64,000 bases of DNA. It comes from a bacterium. Lineage in GTDB: Bacteria; Patescibacteriota; JABMPQ01; JAUVWW01. Made by a program: the position numbers and the translations under genes. Positions within the stretch are counted from its first letter, which is position 1. Each line of letters begins with the position of its first letter. The stretch covers positions 13,223 through 77,222 of the forward strand of contig JAUVWW010000003.1 of the NCBI GenBank assembly GCA_030603885.1, in the 5' to 3' direction. Positions 1 through 8,757 of the stretch are shown one piece after another. The notes beneath the pieces were generated by a model. The model had not been told where the DNA came from and made no database searches. It was given only the letters and a program-made list of their open reading frames with translations.

Positions 1-309
1 ATCCTGTATTTCAGCCTTCTTGGCTAAAATTGCTTCTTTCTGTTCTTCTGTAATTTTACCTTTCGACACTACCTGATTTAACCTTTCTTCAAGATGAGCC
101 TGCATTTTTTGGTGTCTCTCTTTGTGAGCTTCATTAAAGACTTCCCGTACTTCATCAACGTTCAGGTTAAATCGCTCAGCGAGCTTTTGGACTAGGGGTG
201 GGTAATCGCTACCATCCTGAGCATGTATAGCTCTTGTCCTCACAAGAATGAATACACCGGCCGTTACTAATAGTGCTACTAATAGTGTGTAAGCTGAGAG
301 TTTTTTCAT
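1..309 (-). CDS. Partial CDS running off the window edge: small secreted protein (N-terminal signal peptide MKKLSAYTLLVALLVTAGVFILV), hypothetical
   Basis: Minus-strand ATG at 309 preceded by an AT-rich spacer. The ORF stays open to position 1. The translation has a hydrophobic signal-like N-terminus. Confidence 0.4.
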   Translation of the reverse strand, partial: MKKLSAYTLLVALLVTAGVFILVRTRAIHAQDGSDYPPLVQKLAERFNLNVDEVREVFNEAHKERHQKMQAHLEERLNQVVSKGKITEEQKEAILAKKAEIQD

Positions 310-336
310 AGTTTTTTGTTAATTAGAATTTATTAT

Positions 337-1293
337 TTATCCTTGCGGAGCTTTTCTTTTTCTTCGTTTAACAATTTTTACAATTATCCAAACTAATATC
401 ACTAGGGGACCAAGGAAAATAACCAACCAAATCAATACATTAGTCAATCCTTGCAAAAATTGTATCCAGGATCTAAAAGCTCTTTTGAGAGTAGCCAGAG
501 GTCGCCATTCTTTGGTGGGAATTTCTATTCTTGCCTCTTCTTTTAACGTAATAGTAATAGTAGACATATCTGTTTGACTCTCTAAATATTTTATTTGGCC
601 TTGAATCCTTTCTATTCTACCTCGAACTAAAGAGAGCTTTTCTGTCACCTTGAGAATATCCTCTATAGTAGTGGCCTTTTTCAAAATCTCAAGATACTGT
701 TCTTCTTCAGCCTGATAATTTTTCAACTGAGACAGTAAATCTGTATATTTTTCAGTTACGTCTTGGCCAGAAAGAGATTCTTTCTTTACCACTTTAGCTA
801 GCTTCTTTGCATCTTCTACTGTTTCTTCAAATTTATCTACCGGAACCTTCAAGGTTATAGAGGCAGATTGGGTTCCGTCTGGATTAGTAGTGACAGAGGA
901 AGATAAAATAAAGCCACCCTTAGACACGGCAAGACTGTTGAGTTCACTTACTGTGTCCCCTGCTTTTTCTACAGTCAAAGTTAAATTGGCTGTCTTAATT
1001 ACCTTCTGCTCAGCCAATTCTACCTCCCCAGCAGCTGTCTCTGGTACTTCCTCAAGTTCAACCTCTTCAAATTTCTCAGCTGAAGGAGCCGTCATCCTTT
1101 CTGAGCTAGTAGCAGGAGCTTCTGCCATTTCTTCTGCTTCATAGCTAGAAAGTTCAGATGTCTGACCTAAAAAACTTGAGATAATTGCAATCCCTACAAA
1201 AAGCACAAAAATCCCTCCTATTATTCCTAAAACAATCCAGAGGGCTTTTCTCTTTGATTTTGGTTTTTGGACTGGTGTGGTTTGATTGGACAT
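337..1293 (-). CDS. Membrane protein with N- and C-terminal TM helices and a central coiled-coil-like domain (DUF4349-like architecture)
   Basis: ORF track 318 aa. There is a TM segment at each end and a charged helical middle. The layout resembles the DUF4349 family. Confidence 0.45.
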   Translation of the reverse strand: MSNQTTPVQKPKSKRKALWIVLGIIGGIFVLFVGIAIISSFLGQTSELSSYEAEEMAEAPATSSERMTAPSAEKFEEVELEEVPETAAGEVELAEQKVIKTANLTLTVEKAGDTVSELNSLAVSKGGFILSSSVTTNPDGTQSASITLKVPVDKFEETVEDAKKLAKVVKKESLSGQDVTEKYTDLLSQLKNYQAEEEQYLEILKKATTIEDILKVTEKLSLVRGRIERIQGQIKYLESQTDMSTITITLKEEARIEIPTKEWRPLATLKRAFRSWIQFLQGLTNVLIWLVIFLGPLVILVWIIVKIVKRRKRKAPQG

Positions 1294-1534
1294 GGTTTTT
1301 CTTCTTTCTACTCTATTTTCCCTAATCTAAGAATAGAGCAATTAATTATTAACTCTACTTGTATTGTATATTAATAAAGTTAAAAAATCAATCCTAAACT
1401 AAAAAAGAGACTAAATAAAAAAGCCCTGATAAGCTCAAAATTCCCAGGGGTCGCCTAGTGAAGGATGTTAGAAACTTTTGGATGACTACTAAAGAGTATA
1501 TCAGGATTCCAGTTCTAAGTCCAGCTAAATGAAA

Positions 1535-1560
1535 AACCACCAAATCTTGCGAGATGGTGA
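1535..1560. repeat. 25-nt direct repeat copy 1 (aaccaccaaatcttgcgagatggtg), flanking the TA cassette
   Basis: Near-identical copy (23/25) at 2580-2604. The two copies bracket ORFs 1598-2486. Confidence 0.7.
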
Positions 1561-1597
1561 CAAACAAGTTAATATAAATCAAAACCAATAAAAATAA

Positions 1598-2014
1598 TCA
1601 ACCATAATTTTTTGTAAGTTTTTCTTTTAAAGAACGCAGCATTTCCTCATATACTTTTTGCTCTCTTGGTCGTTTCTTATCTCCTAATTTCCCCCTTCTT
1701 TCAATATAATGTAAATAGGCAATTTTGTCTTCTTTAATAAAATAACAAATAAGTCTAAATCCACCTTGAGTTCCTTTTTTATAATCTGGGTCTGGCAATT
1801 TAGCGTTCCAAATTTCAAATTTATTTGTAGGCGAACGGAAATACAGCCTAAATTTCTTTGATTGAACCAAATTAACATCAGAAATACAATCCTCAGTACT
1901 TTCTATTACCTTTTGTGTTATTCTGAGCTTATCGCAACACTTTTTAAAGTGCCTTGTTTTATTTACTTCCCATTGTCTTATTTCCTTTGGTAAAGAAATC
2001 AACATTGCTAGCAT
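1598..2014 (-). CDS. RelE/ParE-superfamily toxin-like protein (C-terminal GGFRLICYFIKEDKIAYLHYIERRGKL resembles the RelE core)
   Basis: ORF 138 aa. The C-terminal half matches the RelE pattern G-[YF]-R-L-[VI]-Y ... D-E-K ... K-R. It overlaps the upstream Panacea-domain gene by 56 nt, as is typical of TA operons. Confidence 0.5.
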   Translation of the reverse strand: MLAMLISLPKEIRQWEVNKTRHFKKCCDKLRITQKVIESTEDCISDVNLVQSKKFRLYFRSPTNKFEIWNAKLPDPDYKKGTQGGFRLICYFIKEDKIAYLHYIERRGKLGDKKRPREQKVYEEMLRSLKEKLTKNYG

Positions 2015-2486
2015 ATTTTAAATCGACCTTTTCATAAGGTTTCGAATAAAACCAGGGGGATTCTAAATGAGTCTGGTTTACAATTTTACTTGAACTCCAA
2101 GGAAGAAATGTATTGCAAAGATATTTTAAAAGCTCTTTTTCATAACTATCAAAACTTGAAAGGCTAGATTTAACATTGGCCTCAAACTTAAACTTACCAG
2201 AATCTTTATACGGCACTTTATCGACCTTTATTTTTTCTTCTTCTTGAAGCTTAACTAATATTTCATCAGCATTTTCTGGGATAGGGCCAAATAATTTATG
2301 AACATACACATCACCGGTAACAATTTTTTTTCTGTCACGATAGGAAATGAAATCTAAGTAATATAATAACTTATTAAGCTTTGTTGCGCCTAAATACTTA
2401 TTATTGCAATGATTCAAAAAATACAATACAGCGTTTTTATATTTTCTAATATTGATAGATGTGGGAAGAATTGGTTTGGTAAGCAT
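1959..2486 (-). CDS. Panacea-domain (DUF4065, SocA-like) putative antitoxin
   Basis: ORF 175 aa carrying the KLNKLLYYLDF motif characteristic of DUF4065/Panacea antitoxin domains. It lies directly upstream of the RelE-like ORF. Confidence 0.55.
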   Translation of the reverse strand: MLTKPILPTSINIRKYKNAVLYFLNHCNNKYLGATKLNKLLYYLDFISYRDRKKIVTGDVYVHKLFGPIPENADEILVKLQEEEKIKVDKVPYKDSGKFKFEANVKSSLSSFDSYEKELLKYLCNTFLPWSSSKIVNQTHLESPWFYSKPYEKVDLKYASNVDFFTKGNKTMGSK

Positions 2487-2579
2487 ATTTAGTAGTTTAA
2501 TTGTTAAACTATTTAAAACCTCTATTTTATCTTAGTAGATAGGGAGTTGTTTGTCAATCCAGAACCGCCAAACATAAAG

Positions 2580-2604
2580 CCACAAAATCTTGCGAGATGG
2601 TGGT
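2580..2604. repeat. 25-nt direct repeat copy 2 (aagccacaaaatcttgcgagatggtg)
   Basis: Matches 1535-1560. Confidence 0.7.
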
Positions 2605-2626
2605 TTAGATTATTTAATCAATAGAG

Positions 2627-2965
2627 TTATTCTGCTAACAAATCAGAATAGCCCCAAGATTTAAGAAGTTCTGCAGTTCGTGACTTGTTTATAGGCTCGA
2701 TACACGATTTTTTTATGTCTTCTTCAGTTGCTTCTTTGTTTCTCTCCCTCACTGCACTAGTGCAACCTTGAATATCTCTATTATATTGATCCAAGAGGCT
2801 ACTGATATAGGTTTCTTCCTTGATCTTTAATTCTTTATCTTTAATATCAAGCTCTTTCTTTGCTAAATCGAAGCTGTAATCCTGAGAGCTCCAATATATG
2901 CTTATAGCTATCCATAAGGTTATTATTAGAATGATGAATAAGACAATTTTAATTTTTTCCTGCAT
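2627..2965 (-). CDS. Small membrane protein, hypothetical
   Basis: ORF 112 aa with an N-terminal TM helix and a charged tail. Confidence 0.4.
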   Translation of the reverse strand: MQEKIKIVLFIILIITLWIAISIYWSSQDYSFDLAKKELDIKDKELKIKEETYISSLLDQYNRDIQGCTSAVRERNKEATEEDIKKSCIEPINKSRTAELLKSWGYSDLLAE

Positions 2966-2976
2966 AAATTTTCAAT

Positions 2977-3705
2977 TTACCAGTCGTAATAAGAATTGTA
3001 GGTATCATAAGTATCAGAGTAGTTATCATAGTCATAATTGTATAAAGAGCTTGAGTCAAACGGAGATTTGTAGTCAAAAGATTCGTATGATGAACTATAA
3101 TCATATAGGGAACTACTTGGGGAATTATAGTTATATAAGTCGTAATCATCTAGAATATTACTGTAATCGTAAGTATCTAGGTAGTTACTGAGATCATATG
3201 AAGGAGTATAATCATAGGAAGGTGAGTAGTCATAGAAATCATAAGTATCTATGGGATCACTGAAATCATACGATGGTATATAATTGTAGGAGGGGGTATA
3301 GTCATAAGAAGAATAATTATAGGTATCATAAGTATCGAGAAGATCACTATAGTCATAGAAAGAGGTGTAATTATAAGAAGGAGTATATTCATCGTAATCG
3401 GTAGAATGACTTAAATTGTAATGATATTTACCTACATAGTAATCCTCGTCCCATAAATAAGATGGGCTATACCAATCAGAACTATAGTTTCTATCTCCAG
3501 AATCATAGTATGTTTTATTATAGAGTTTATCACCTTCCTTCCAGCTGTAGTTATCGTATTTTAAAGCATTGGGTTCGCTACGGTGATGTCCGCTAACCCA
3601 CGTGCCATCTGAGCGCAAATAACCATCTACCCATACGCTTGCGTTTGCTAAAAAAGGGTAAAGAAGGAAAATTAAGGCTAATATTAGAATAGTGATCTTT
3701 TTCAT
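2977..3705 (-). CDS. Secreted low-complexity Tyr/Asp/Ser-rich repeat protein
   Basis: ORF 242 aa with signal peptide MKKITILILALIFLLYPFLANA. The C-terminal ~150 aa are almost entirely Y/D/S/T/N, with degenerate PSYDxS..DTYD repeats. Confidence 0.55.
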   Translation of the reverse strand: MKKITILILALIFLLYPFLANASVWVDGYLRSDGTWVSGHHRSEPNALKYDNYSWKEGDKLYNKTYYDSGDRNYSSDWYSPSYLWDEDYYVGKYHYNLSHSTDYDEYTPSYNYTSFYDYSDLLDTYDTYNYSSYDYTPSYNYIPSYDFSDPIDTYDFYDYSPSYDYTPSYDLSNYLDTYDYSNILDDYDLYNYNSPSSSLYDYSSSYESFDYKSPFDSSSLYNYDYDNYSDTYDTYNSYYDW

Positions 3706-3947
3706 TATTTTAGTTCTATTATTTTAATTCCAGTATAATATAGTTTTTATCTTATTGCAAGAGCTAAATTCTTACCTCAATTCTGGACACACTATAACCC
3801 ATTAAGGAGGATAGGGTTAAGCACACCCAGAATTAAGATACTTTTATAATACTCAAAATAAATAAAGAAGACCAAAACAAAGAGATAAATAAGGAGATAA
3901 ATAATAGATAAGGTAATGCCGAATTTTCTTATTTTTTTCTTTCATGA

Positions 3948-5321
3948 TTATTTATAAAAATTTCCTATGAGAGCGTTATATTCATCAGCAAGGTTGTTAT
4001 ATTTATCTACTTCTCTGTCGTGTTCATTTGCTTTAGATTCGTATTTGTTATAAGTCGATTCATATTGAGAATATAATCGTCTGTATTCATTATATAAAGC
4101 ATAATCTCTTAAAATCTCGTGTCTTCTATAAACTGCTTTGGCTTGTTGGTCGTAATAATTAACACTATTTTCTAATTGATTTGCTTCACTTCCTAATAAG
4201 CTTATAATTCCCTCCAATTTGTTCAGTTCTTTTTCTAATGTCTCTATCCTCTGTATTGTCTGAGCTGTTTTAATTATTTCATGGTAGCTATTGCCTTCTG
4301 TTATCTCATAGACTTCAGCATTCTTCAATTCTGACCAAGTCAATTCACTCTCTTTTTCTTCATTGAATAGTTCTATCGTTGTCCTCGTTTTAGGTTTTCC
4401 AGCACGAATATCCATTTGAGGTATTTCGCCTATTCTAAACCCTAAATCTGTAACCTCAGCAAAGCAATAATCAGAATTATAGGAAGAATACTCTTTGGGG
4501 CATTCAACCGCTGGCGCTATATGACCAATTTCATCTTCCGTTACAGCCTCATAGTCAAACAAGGCAACTCCGTAACCTAATTCTTTTATAAGTGATGCGG
4601 CCAAAAAAGTTTTACCGCTACAAACTCCCTTATTATCATACAAAACTTCATATGGATATCTTGGATATAAATCTTCAAGATTATTAGGATATATAATTAA
4701 TTCAAGTTTATCTTCATCATAAGGAATTGATTGAACAAAAGCCACGGTTAATTCTAATAATTCATCACCCCTTAATCCGTTTTTTGAAGCTATCGCTTTA
4801 ATATCTGATGCAATTTTAGAAATTGTATTATCTTCTTCTGCTTCCTCTAAAAACCCTTTAAGACAACTCTCATAATCACCCCCTTCTTGCCAACAATGTT
4901 TATCCGGGCTTGAGTTATAATAATCATAAGCTGTTTTGTATAATGTTTCTTCCACCGTGTAAGGTAAGCCTCCGTATTCCCATTGGAAAGTTACTGTTTT
5001 TGGCTCTTCTAATGGTGGAAATTTCTTTGTTTGAGTAGTATAATCACGCTCTGTGTACCAAGTATCTGCGTACCAAATAACAAAGATTATACCTATTACA
5101 AATAGAGACGTGTAAACGAAACGTTTACCCTTCCAACGCCACCATAATTTTAAGCTTCTCCAATGTCTGAGTTTATAACTTTTTTGTTTCTCTCTTTTCT
5201 GTCTACCAGTAGGCCTACTGAAATATTCTATTCTATATTTTTCAGGGACTTCAGGCGGATATTTATTGTTCCCTTTTTCATTATCCATATTCTTTCTTAA
5301 ATTTTTTCTTTCATAAATCAT
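3948..5321 (-). CDS. Membrane-anchored protein with a possible transglutaminase-like Cys-His core (GVCSGKTFLAASLIKELGYG...GHIAP) and a C-terminal coiled coil
   Basis: ORF 457 aa. It has a basic N-terminus and one TM helix. The Cys and His residues are spaced about 30 aa apart as in transglutaminase-like peptidases. This is a motif-level call only. Confidence 0.4.
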   Translation of the reverse strand: MIYERKNLRKNMDNEKGNNKYPPEVPEKYRIEYFSRPTGRQKREKQKSYKLRHWRSLKLWWRWKGKRFVYTSLFVIGIIFVIWYADTWYTERDYTTQTKKFPPLEEPKTVTFQWEYGGLPYTVEETLYKTAYDYYNSSPDKHCWQEGGDYESCLKGFLEEAEEDNTISKIASDIKAIASKNGLRGDELLELTVAFVQSIPYDEDKLELIIYPNNLEDLYPRYPYEVLYDNKGVCSGKTFLAASLIKELGYGVALFDYEAVTEDEIGHIAPAVECPKEYSSYNSDYCFAEVTDLGFRIGEIPQMDIRAGKPKTRTTIELFNEEKESELTWSELKNAEVYEITEGNSYHEIIKTAQTIQRIETLEKELNKLEGIISLLGSEANQLENSVNYYDQQAKAVYRRHEILRDYALYNEYRRLYSQYESTYNKYESKANEHDREVDKYNNLADEYNALIGNFYK

Positions 5322-5420
5322 TTTAGATCTTATAGAGCATCTTTATAATAGCATATCCGAAGATTAGACTAAAGAAGAGATTAATAAAAAACTGCCAAAT
5401 TTTGCTTTAAATAAAACACA

Positions 5421-5448
5421 AAAACCTGCTTTTGAGCAGGCTTTTGTA
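5421..5448 (-). terminator. Intrinsic terminator hairpin (cctgcttttgagcagg) with a U-run on the minus strand, just after tRNA-His
   Basis: Perfect 6-bp stem. On the minus strand it is followed by a U-rich tract. Confidence 0.5.
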
Positions 5449-5452
5449 CTAA

Positions 5453-5527
5453 GGGGTGACCGTCGGGAATTGCACCCGAACTAGGAGTTCCACAAACTCC
5501 TGTGCTAACTGTTACACCACGGTCACC
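5453..5527 (-). tRNA. tRNA-His (anticodon GTG) with G-1
   Basis: Manual cloverleaf fold. Acceptor GTGACCG/CGGTCAC with an extra 5' G. Anticodon stem GGAGT/ACTCC with loop TTGTGGA. Confidence 0.75.
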
Positions 5528-5531
5528 ATAC

Positions 5532-5603
5532 TACCCTCGAGAGGAATCGAACCTCTATCCGAAGCTTAGAAGGCTTCTGTTCTATCCATTGAACTACGAG
5601 GGC
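5532..5603 (-). tRNA. tRNA-Arg (anticodon TCT)
   Basis: Manual fold. Acceptor GCCCTCG/CGAGGGT. Anticodon stem GAAGC/GCTTC with loop CTTCTAA. T-arm AGAGG TTCGATT CCTCT. Confidence 0.75.
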
Positions 5604-5751
5604 TAGTTCTCTTTAAACATAGCATAAGATTTTGTTTTAGTCAACTTTTTGTGGTGGGATATGTTGAGTGTAATATATATAATTTGCACTGCTATTTTTA
5701 ATATGCTACACTAAAGACCAAGTTATTCACATTAAGCATTGGTGTATAATT

Positions 5752-6018
5752 ATGCTTACCAGACGTCAAAAAGATAACATTATTAAAAAATTCGCCACCC
5801 ATAAAGGTGATACTGGTTCTCCAAAAGTTCAGATAGCTTTGTTAACTTACGAGATCGAGGATCTAACAAAGCACCTAAAGCATCATAAGAAGGATTTTTC
5901 TTCTCGGAGAGGCCTTTTATCCAAAGTAGTTCAAAGAAAAAAATTGTTGAAATATCTAAAAGGTGAAAGTGAAGCCCGATACGAAAAATTGATAAAGAAA
6001 TTAAAAATTAAAGGCTAA
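5752..6018 (+). CDS. rpsO: 30S ribosomal protein S15
   Basis: ORF 88 aa with the typical S15 sequence ([26 protein letters not shown]). PNPase lies downstream. Confidence 0.9.
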   Translation: MLTRRQKDNIIKKFATHKGDTGSPKVQIALLTYEIEDLTKHLKHHKKDFSSRRGLLSKVVQRKKLLKYLKGESEARYEKLIKKLKIKG

Positions 6019-6020
6019 AA

Positions 6021-6521
6021 ATGGTCATACATAAAGCACAAAGAGTTGGTGTATTTGTCGATGTTCAGAATATGTATTATTCGGCAAAGAACCTCTATCG
6101 AGCCAAAGTTAATTTTAAAGAAATTCTAAAACAAGCTGTAGCTGGTAGAGCTTTGATTAGAGTTATTGCCTATGTGGTTAAGACAGAGGTCATAGAAGAA
6201 GAAAAGACATTTTTTGAAGCTTTAAGAAGGATTGGTTTTGAAGTCAAATCTAAACCCCTTCAGGTTTTTTATGGTGGAGCCAAGAAAGGCGATTGGGATG
6301 TAGGGATAGTTATTGATGCTATTGAGATGGCTCCTAAATTGGATGTGGTTATTTTAGTTTCGGGAGATGGGGATTTCATTCCCTTAGTAGGACATTTAAA
6401 AAGAGCTATGAGCTGTCGAGTTGAAGTTGCAGCTTTTTCTAAATCTGCTTCCTCTAAGCTAATCGAAGCAGCCGATAGCTTTTTGGATCTTTGTAAAGAT
6501 AAAAAATATCTTATTAAGTAG
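6021..6521 (+). CDS. NYN-domain (LabA-like, PIN-related) putative ribonuclease
   Basis: ORF 166 aa with VGVFVDVQNMYYS and the GDGDF motif typical of NYN/LabA. Confidence 0.7.
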   Translation: MVIHKAQRVGVFVDVQNMYYSAKNLYRAKVNFKEILKQAVAGRALIRVIAYVVKTEVIEEEKTFFEALRRIGFEVKSKPLQVFYGGAKKGDWDVGIVIDAIEMAPKLDVVILVSGDGDFIPLVGHLKRAMSCRVEVAAFSKSASSKLIEAADSFLDLCKDKKYLIK

Positions 6522-6636
6522 CAATTAACAATTAAAATATCGGCAGTTGATCTATAGACAGATAGACTACAAGAATTATCTCTTGGGCACAGTAATTGTA
6601 GTCTCTAGCCTGTAGGTCAGTTGCGGATCGACAATT

Positions 6637-8733
6637 ATGCCTCAATATGAAAAAGAAATTGGAGGAAGAAAATTAATTATTGAGACAGGAAAATTTGCTC
6701 TTCAAGCTAATGCAGCAGTAACAGCAAGATATGGAGATACTGTGGTTTTAGCTACTGTAGTTATGGCTCGTGAGCCAAGAGAAGACATTGATTATTTTCC
6801 TCTATTTGTAGATTACGAAGAAAAACTATATGCGGCTGGTAAAATTAAAGGCAGCCGTTTTGTTAAAAGAGAAGGAAAGCCTACTGATGAAGCTATCCTT
6901 ACTTCTCGCTGTATTGATCGTTCCCTGCGCCCTCTTTTTCCTAAAGATATGCTTAATGATGTTCAGGTGATTGTTAATGTTCTTTCTTATGATGAAGAAA
7001 ATGATCCTGATATTCCAGCTTTAATTGCATCTTCCTGTGTTCTTTCTATTTCTGACATACCTTTTGAAGGTCCCATGGCTGCAGTTAGAGTAGGGAAGGT
7101 AGGAGATGAATTGGTTTTAAATCCTACTCGTGAGGCCCTCAAGGAAAGCGATCTTGATTTGATCATAGCTTCTAAAAAAGACGATATAGTTATGATTGAA
7201 TCTCTGGCTAAAGAAATTCAGGAAGATACAATAACTGATGCTTTAAAATTTGGTCAAAAGCATTCAAGAGAAATAATTAGTCTGATTGAGGAAGTTATAA
7301 AAAAAGAAGGTAAGAAGAAATTAGAACCAGTTTATAAAGAGATAAAGCCAGAACTGAAAAAAGATGTAGAAAAGTTAGCTCAAAATAAAATTCAAGAACT
7401 TCTGTTTCCTAAAGAACCCATAAAGGGTAAATTTCATCTTCGAAGTGAGCAAATAGGAAAGTTTAAAGATGATATTGTCCAAAAGCTAGCTTCAAAATAT
7501 CAAGAGGAAAAAGATCAGAAAGATATAGGAGATGTAATAGATGATTTAATCAGACTTGAGGTAAGAAAGAGTATTTTAGAGAAGGAGAGAAGACTGGAAA
7601 ATAGAAAACTAGATGAAATCAGACCACTTGAAATAGAAACAGGGGTCTTACCTCGGACTCATGGCTCTGGACTGTTTAAGAGAGGAGAGACTCAAGTTCT
7701 GACTACAGTTACCTTAGGAGCTCCGAGTTTAGAGCAGATATTAGAAGATTTGGAAGAAGAAAGAAAAAAACGCTTTATGCACCATTATAATTTTCACCCC
7801 TTTTCTGTAGGCGAGGTAGCTCCTCTTAGAGGACCAGGAAGAAGAGAGATAGGACACGGAGCTCTAGTAGAAAAGGCCATCATGCCGCTTTTGCCCGAAA
7901 AAGAAGGATTCCCTTATACTATTCGTTTAGTTTCTGAAGTGCTATCTTCCAATGGTTCTACCTCTATGGCTTCAGTTTGTGGATCCTCTCTAGCTTTAAT
8001 GGATGCTGGAGTGCCTATTAAAAAAGCGGCAGCCGGAATTGCCATGGGTTTGATGACCGATGGCAAGGGTACTTATAAAATTCTAACCGATATCCAGGAT
8101 CTAGAAGATTTTGGAGGAGATATGGATTTCAAAGTGGCAGGCTCCCTGGATGGAATCTGTGCTTTACAGATGGACACAAAACTAAAAGGGCTTTCTCTTG
8201 AAGTTATGGCCAAAGCTCTAAAGCAAGCCAGACAAGCAAGACTCTTTATATTGAAGGAAATGTCCAAGGTGATAGATAAATCCAAAGAGAGTCTTTCTCC
8301 TCTTGCTCCTTCTATTGTGTGCTTTAAGATTAGTCCTAAAAAAGTTAGGGAGGTTATTGGTCCTGGAGGAAAGGTTATTCGAGATATTATTGGCAAGTTT
8401 GGAGTGGAGATAGACATTGAGGATGATGGCTCGGTTTGTGTTACTTCTAAAGATAAGGAAGCAGCCAAGAAAGCATCTGATTGGATAAGAGATATTGCCA
8501 GAGAGGTAAAAGTAGGAGAAATATTTTCTGGAAAAGTAACTAGGATTTTAGCTTTTGGAGCCATGGTCGAACTTTGGCCAGGCATGGAAGGCATGATTCA
8601 TATTTCTAAGCTAGCCCCCTTTAGAGTAAAAAGAGTAGAAGACGTTGTTAATATAGGAGACATTATTCCTGTTAAAGTAATAGAGATTGATAGGATGGGG
8701 AGGGTCAATCTAGCTGTGACTAAGAAAAAATAG
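6637..8733 (+). CDS. pnp: Polynucleotide phosphorylase
   Basis: ORF 698 aa with two RNase PH domains plus KH and S1, the canonical PNPase architecture. Confidence 0.95.
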   Translation: MPQYEKEIGGRKLIIETGKFALQANAAVTARYGDTVVLATVVMAREPREDIDYFPLFVDYEEKLYAAGKIKGSRFVKREGKPTDEAILTSRCIDRSLRPLFPKDMLNDVQVIVNVLSYDEENDPDIPALIASSCVLSISDIPFEGPMAAVRVGKVGDELVLNPTREALKESDLDLIIASKKDDIVMIESLAKEIQEDTITDALKFGQKHSREIISLIEEVIKKEGKKKLEPVYKEIKPELKKDVEKLAQNKIQELLFPKEPIKGKFHLRSEQIGKFKDDIVQKLASKYQEEKDQKDIGDVIDDLIRLEVRKSILEKERRLENRKLDEIRPLEIETGVLPRTHGSGLFKRGETQVLTTVTLGAPSLEQILEDLEEERKKRFMHHYNFHPFSVGEVAPLRGPGRREIGHGALVEKAIMPLLPEKEGFPYTIRLVSEVLSSNGSTSMASVCGSSLALMDAGVPIKKAAAGIAMGLMTDGKGTYKILTDIQDLEDFGGDMDFKVAGSLDGICALQMDTKLKGLSLEVMAKALKQARQARLFILKEMSKVIDKSKESLSPLAPSIVCFKISPKKVREVIGPGGKVIRDIIGKFGVEIDIEDDGSVCVTSKDKEAAKKASDWIRDIAREVKVGEIFSGKVTRILAFGAMVELWPGMEGMIHISKLAPFRVKRVEDVVNIGDIIPVKVIEIDRMGRVNLAVTKKK

Positions 8734-8757
8734 TATATTATATATATTTTTAAATTT

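Noticed and set aside
1394-1588. 64-aa minus-strand ORF between the DUF4349-like gene and the TA cassette
   Set aside because: It is hydrophobic and of low complexity, overlaps the 25-nt direct repeat, and has no RBS or homology. It is probably intergenic.
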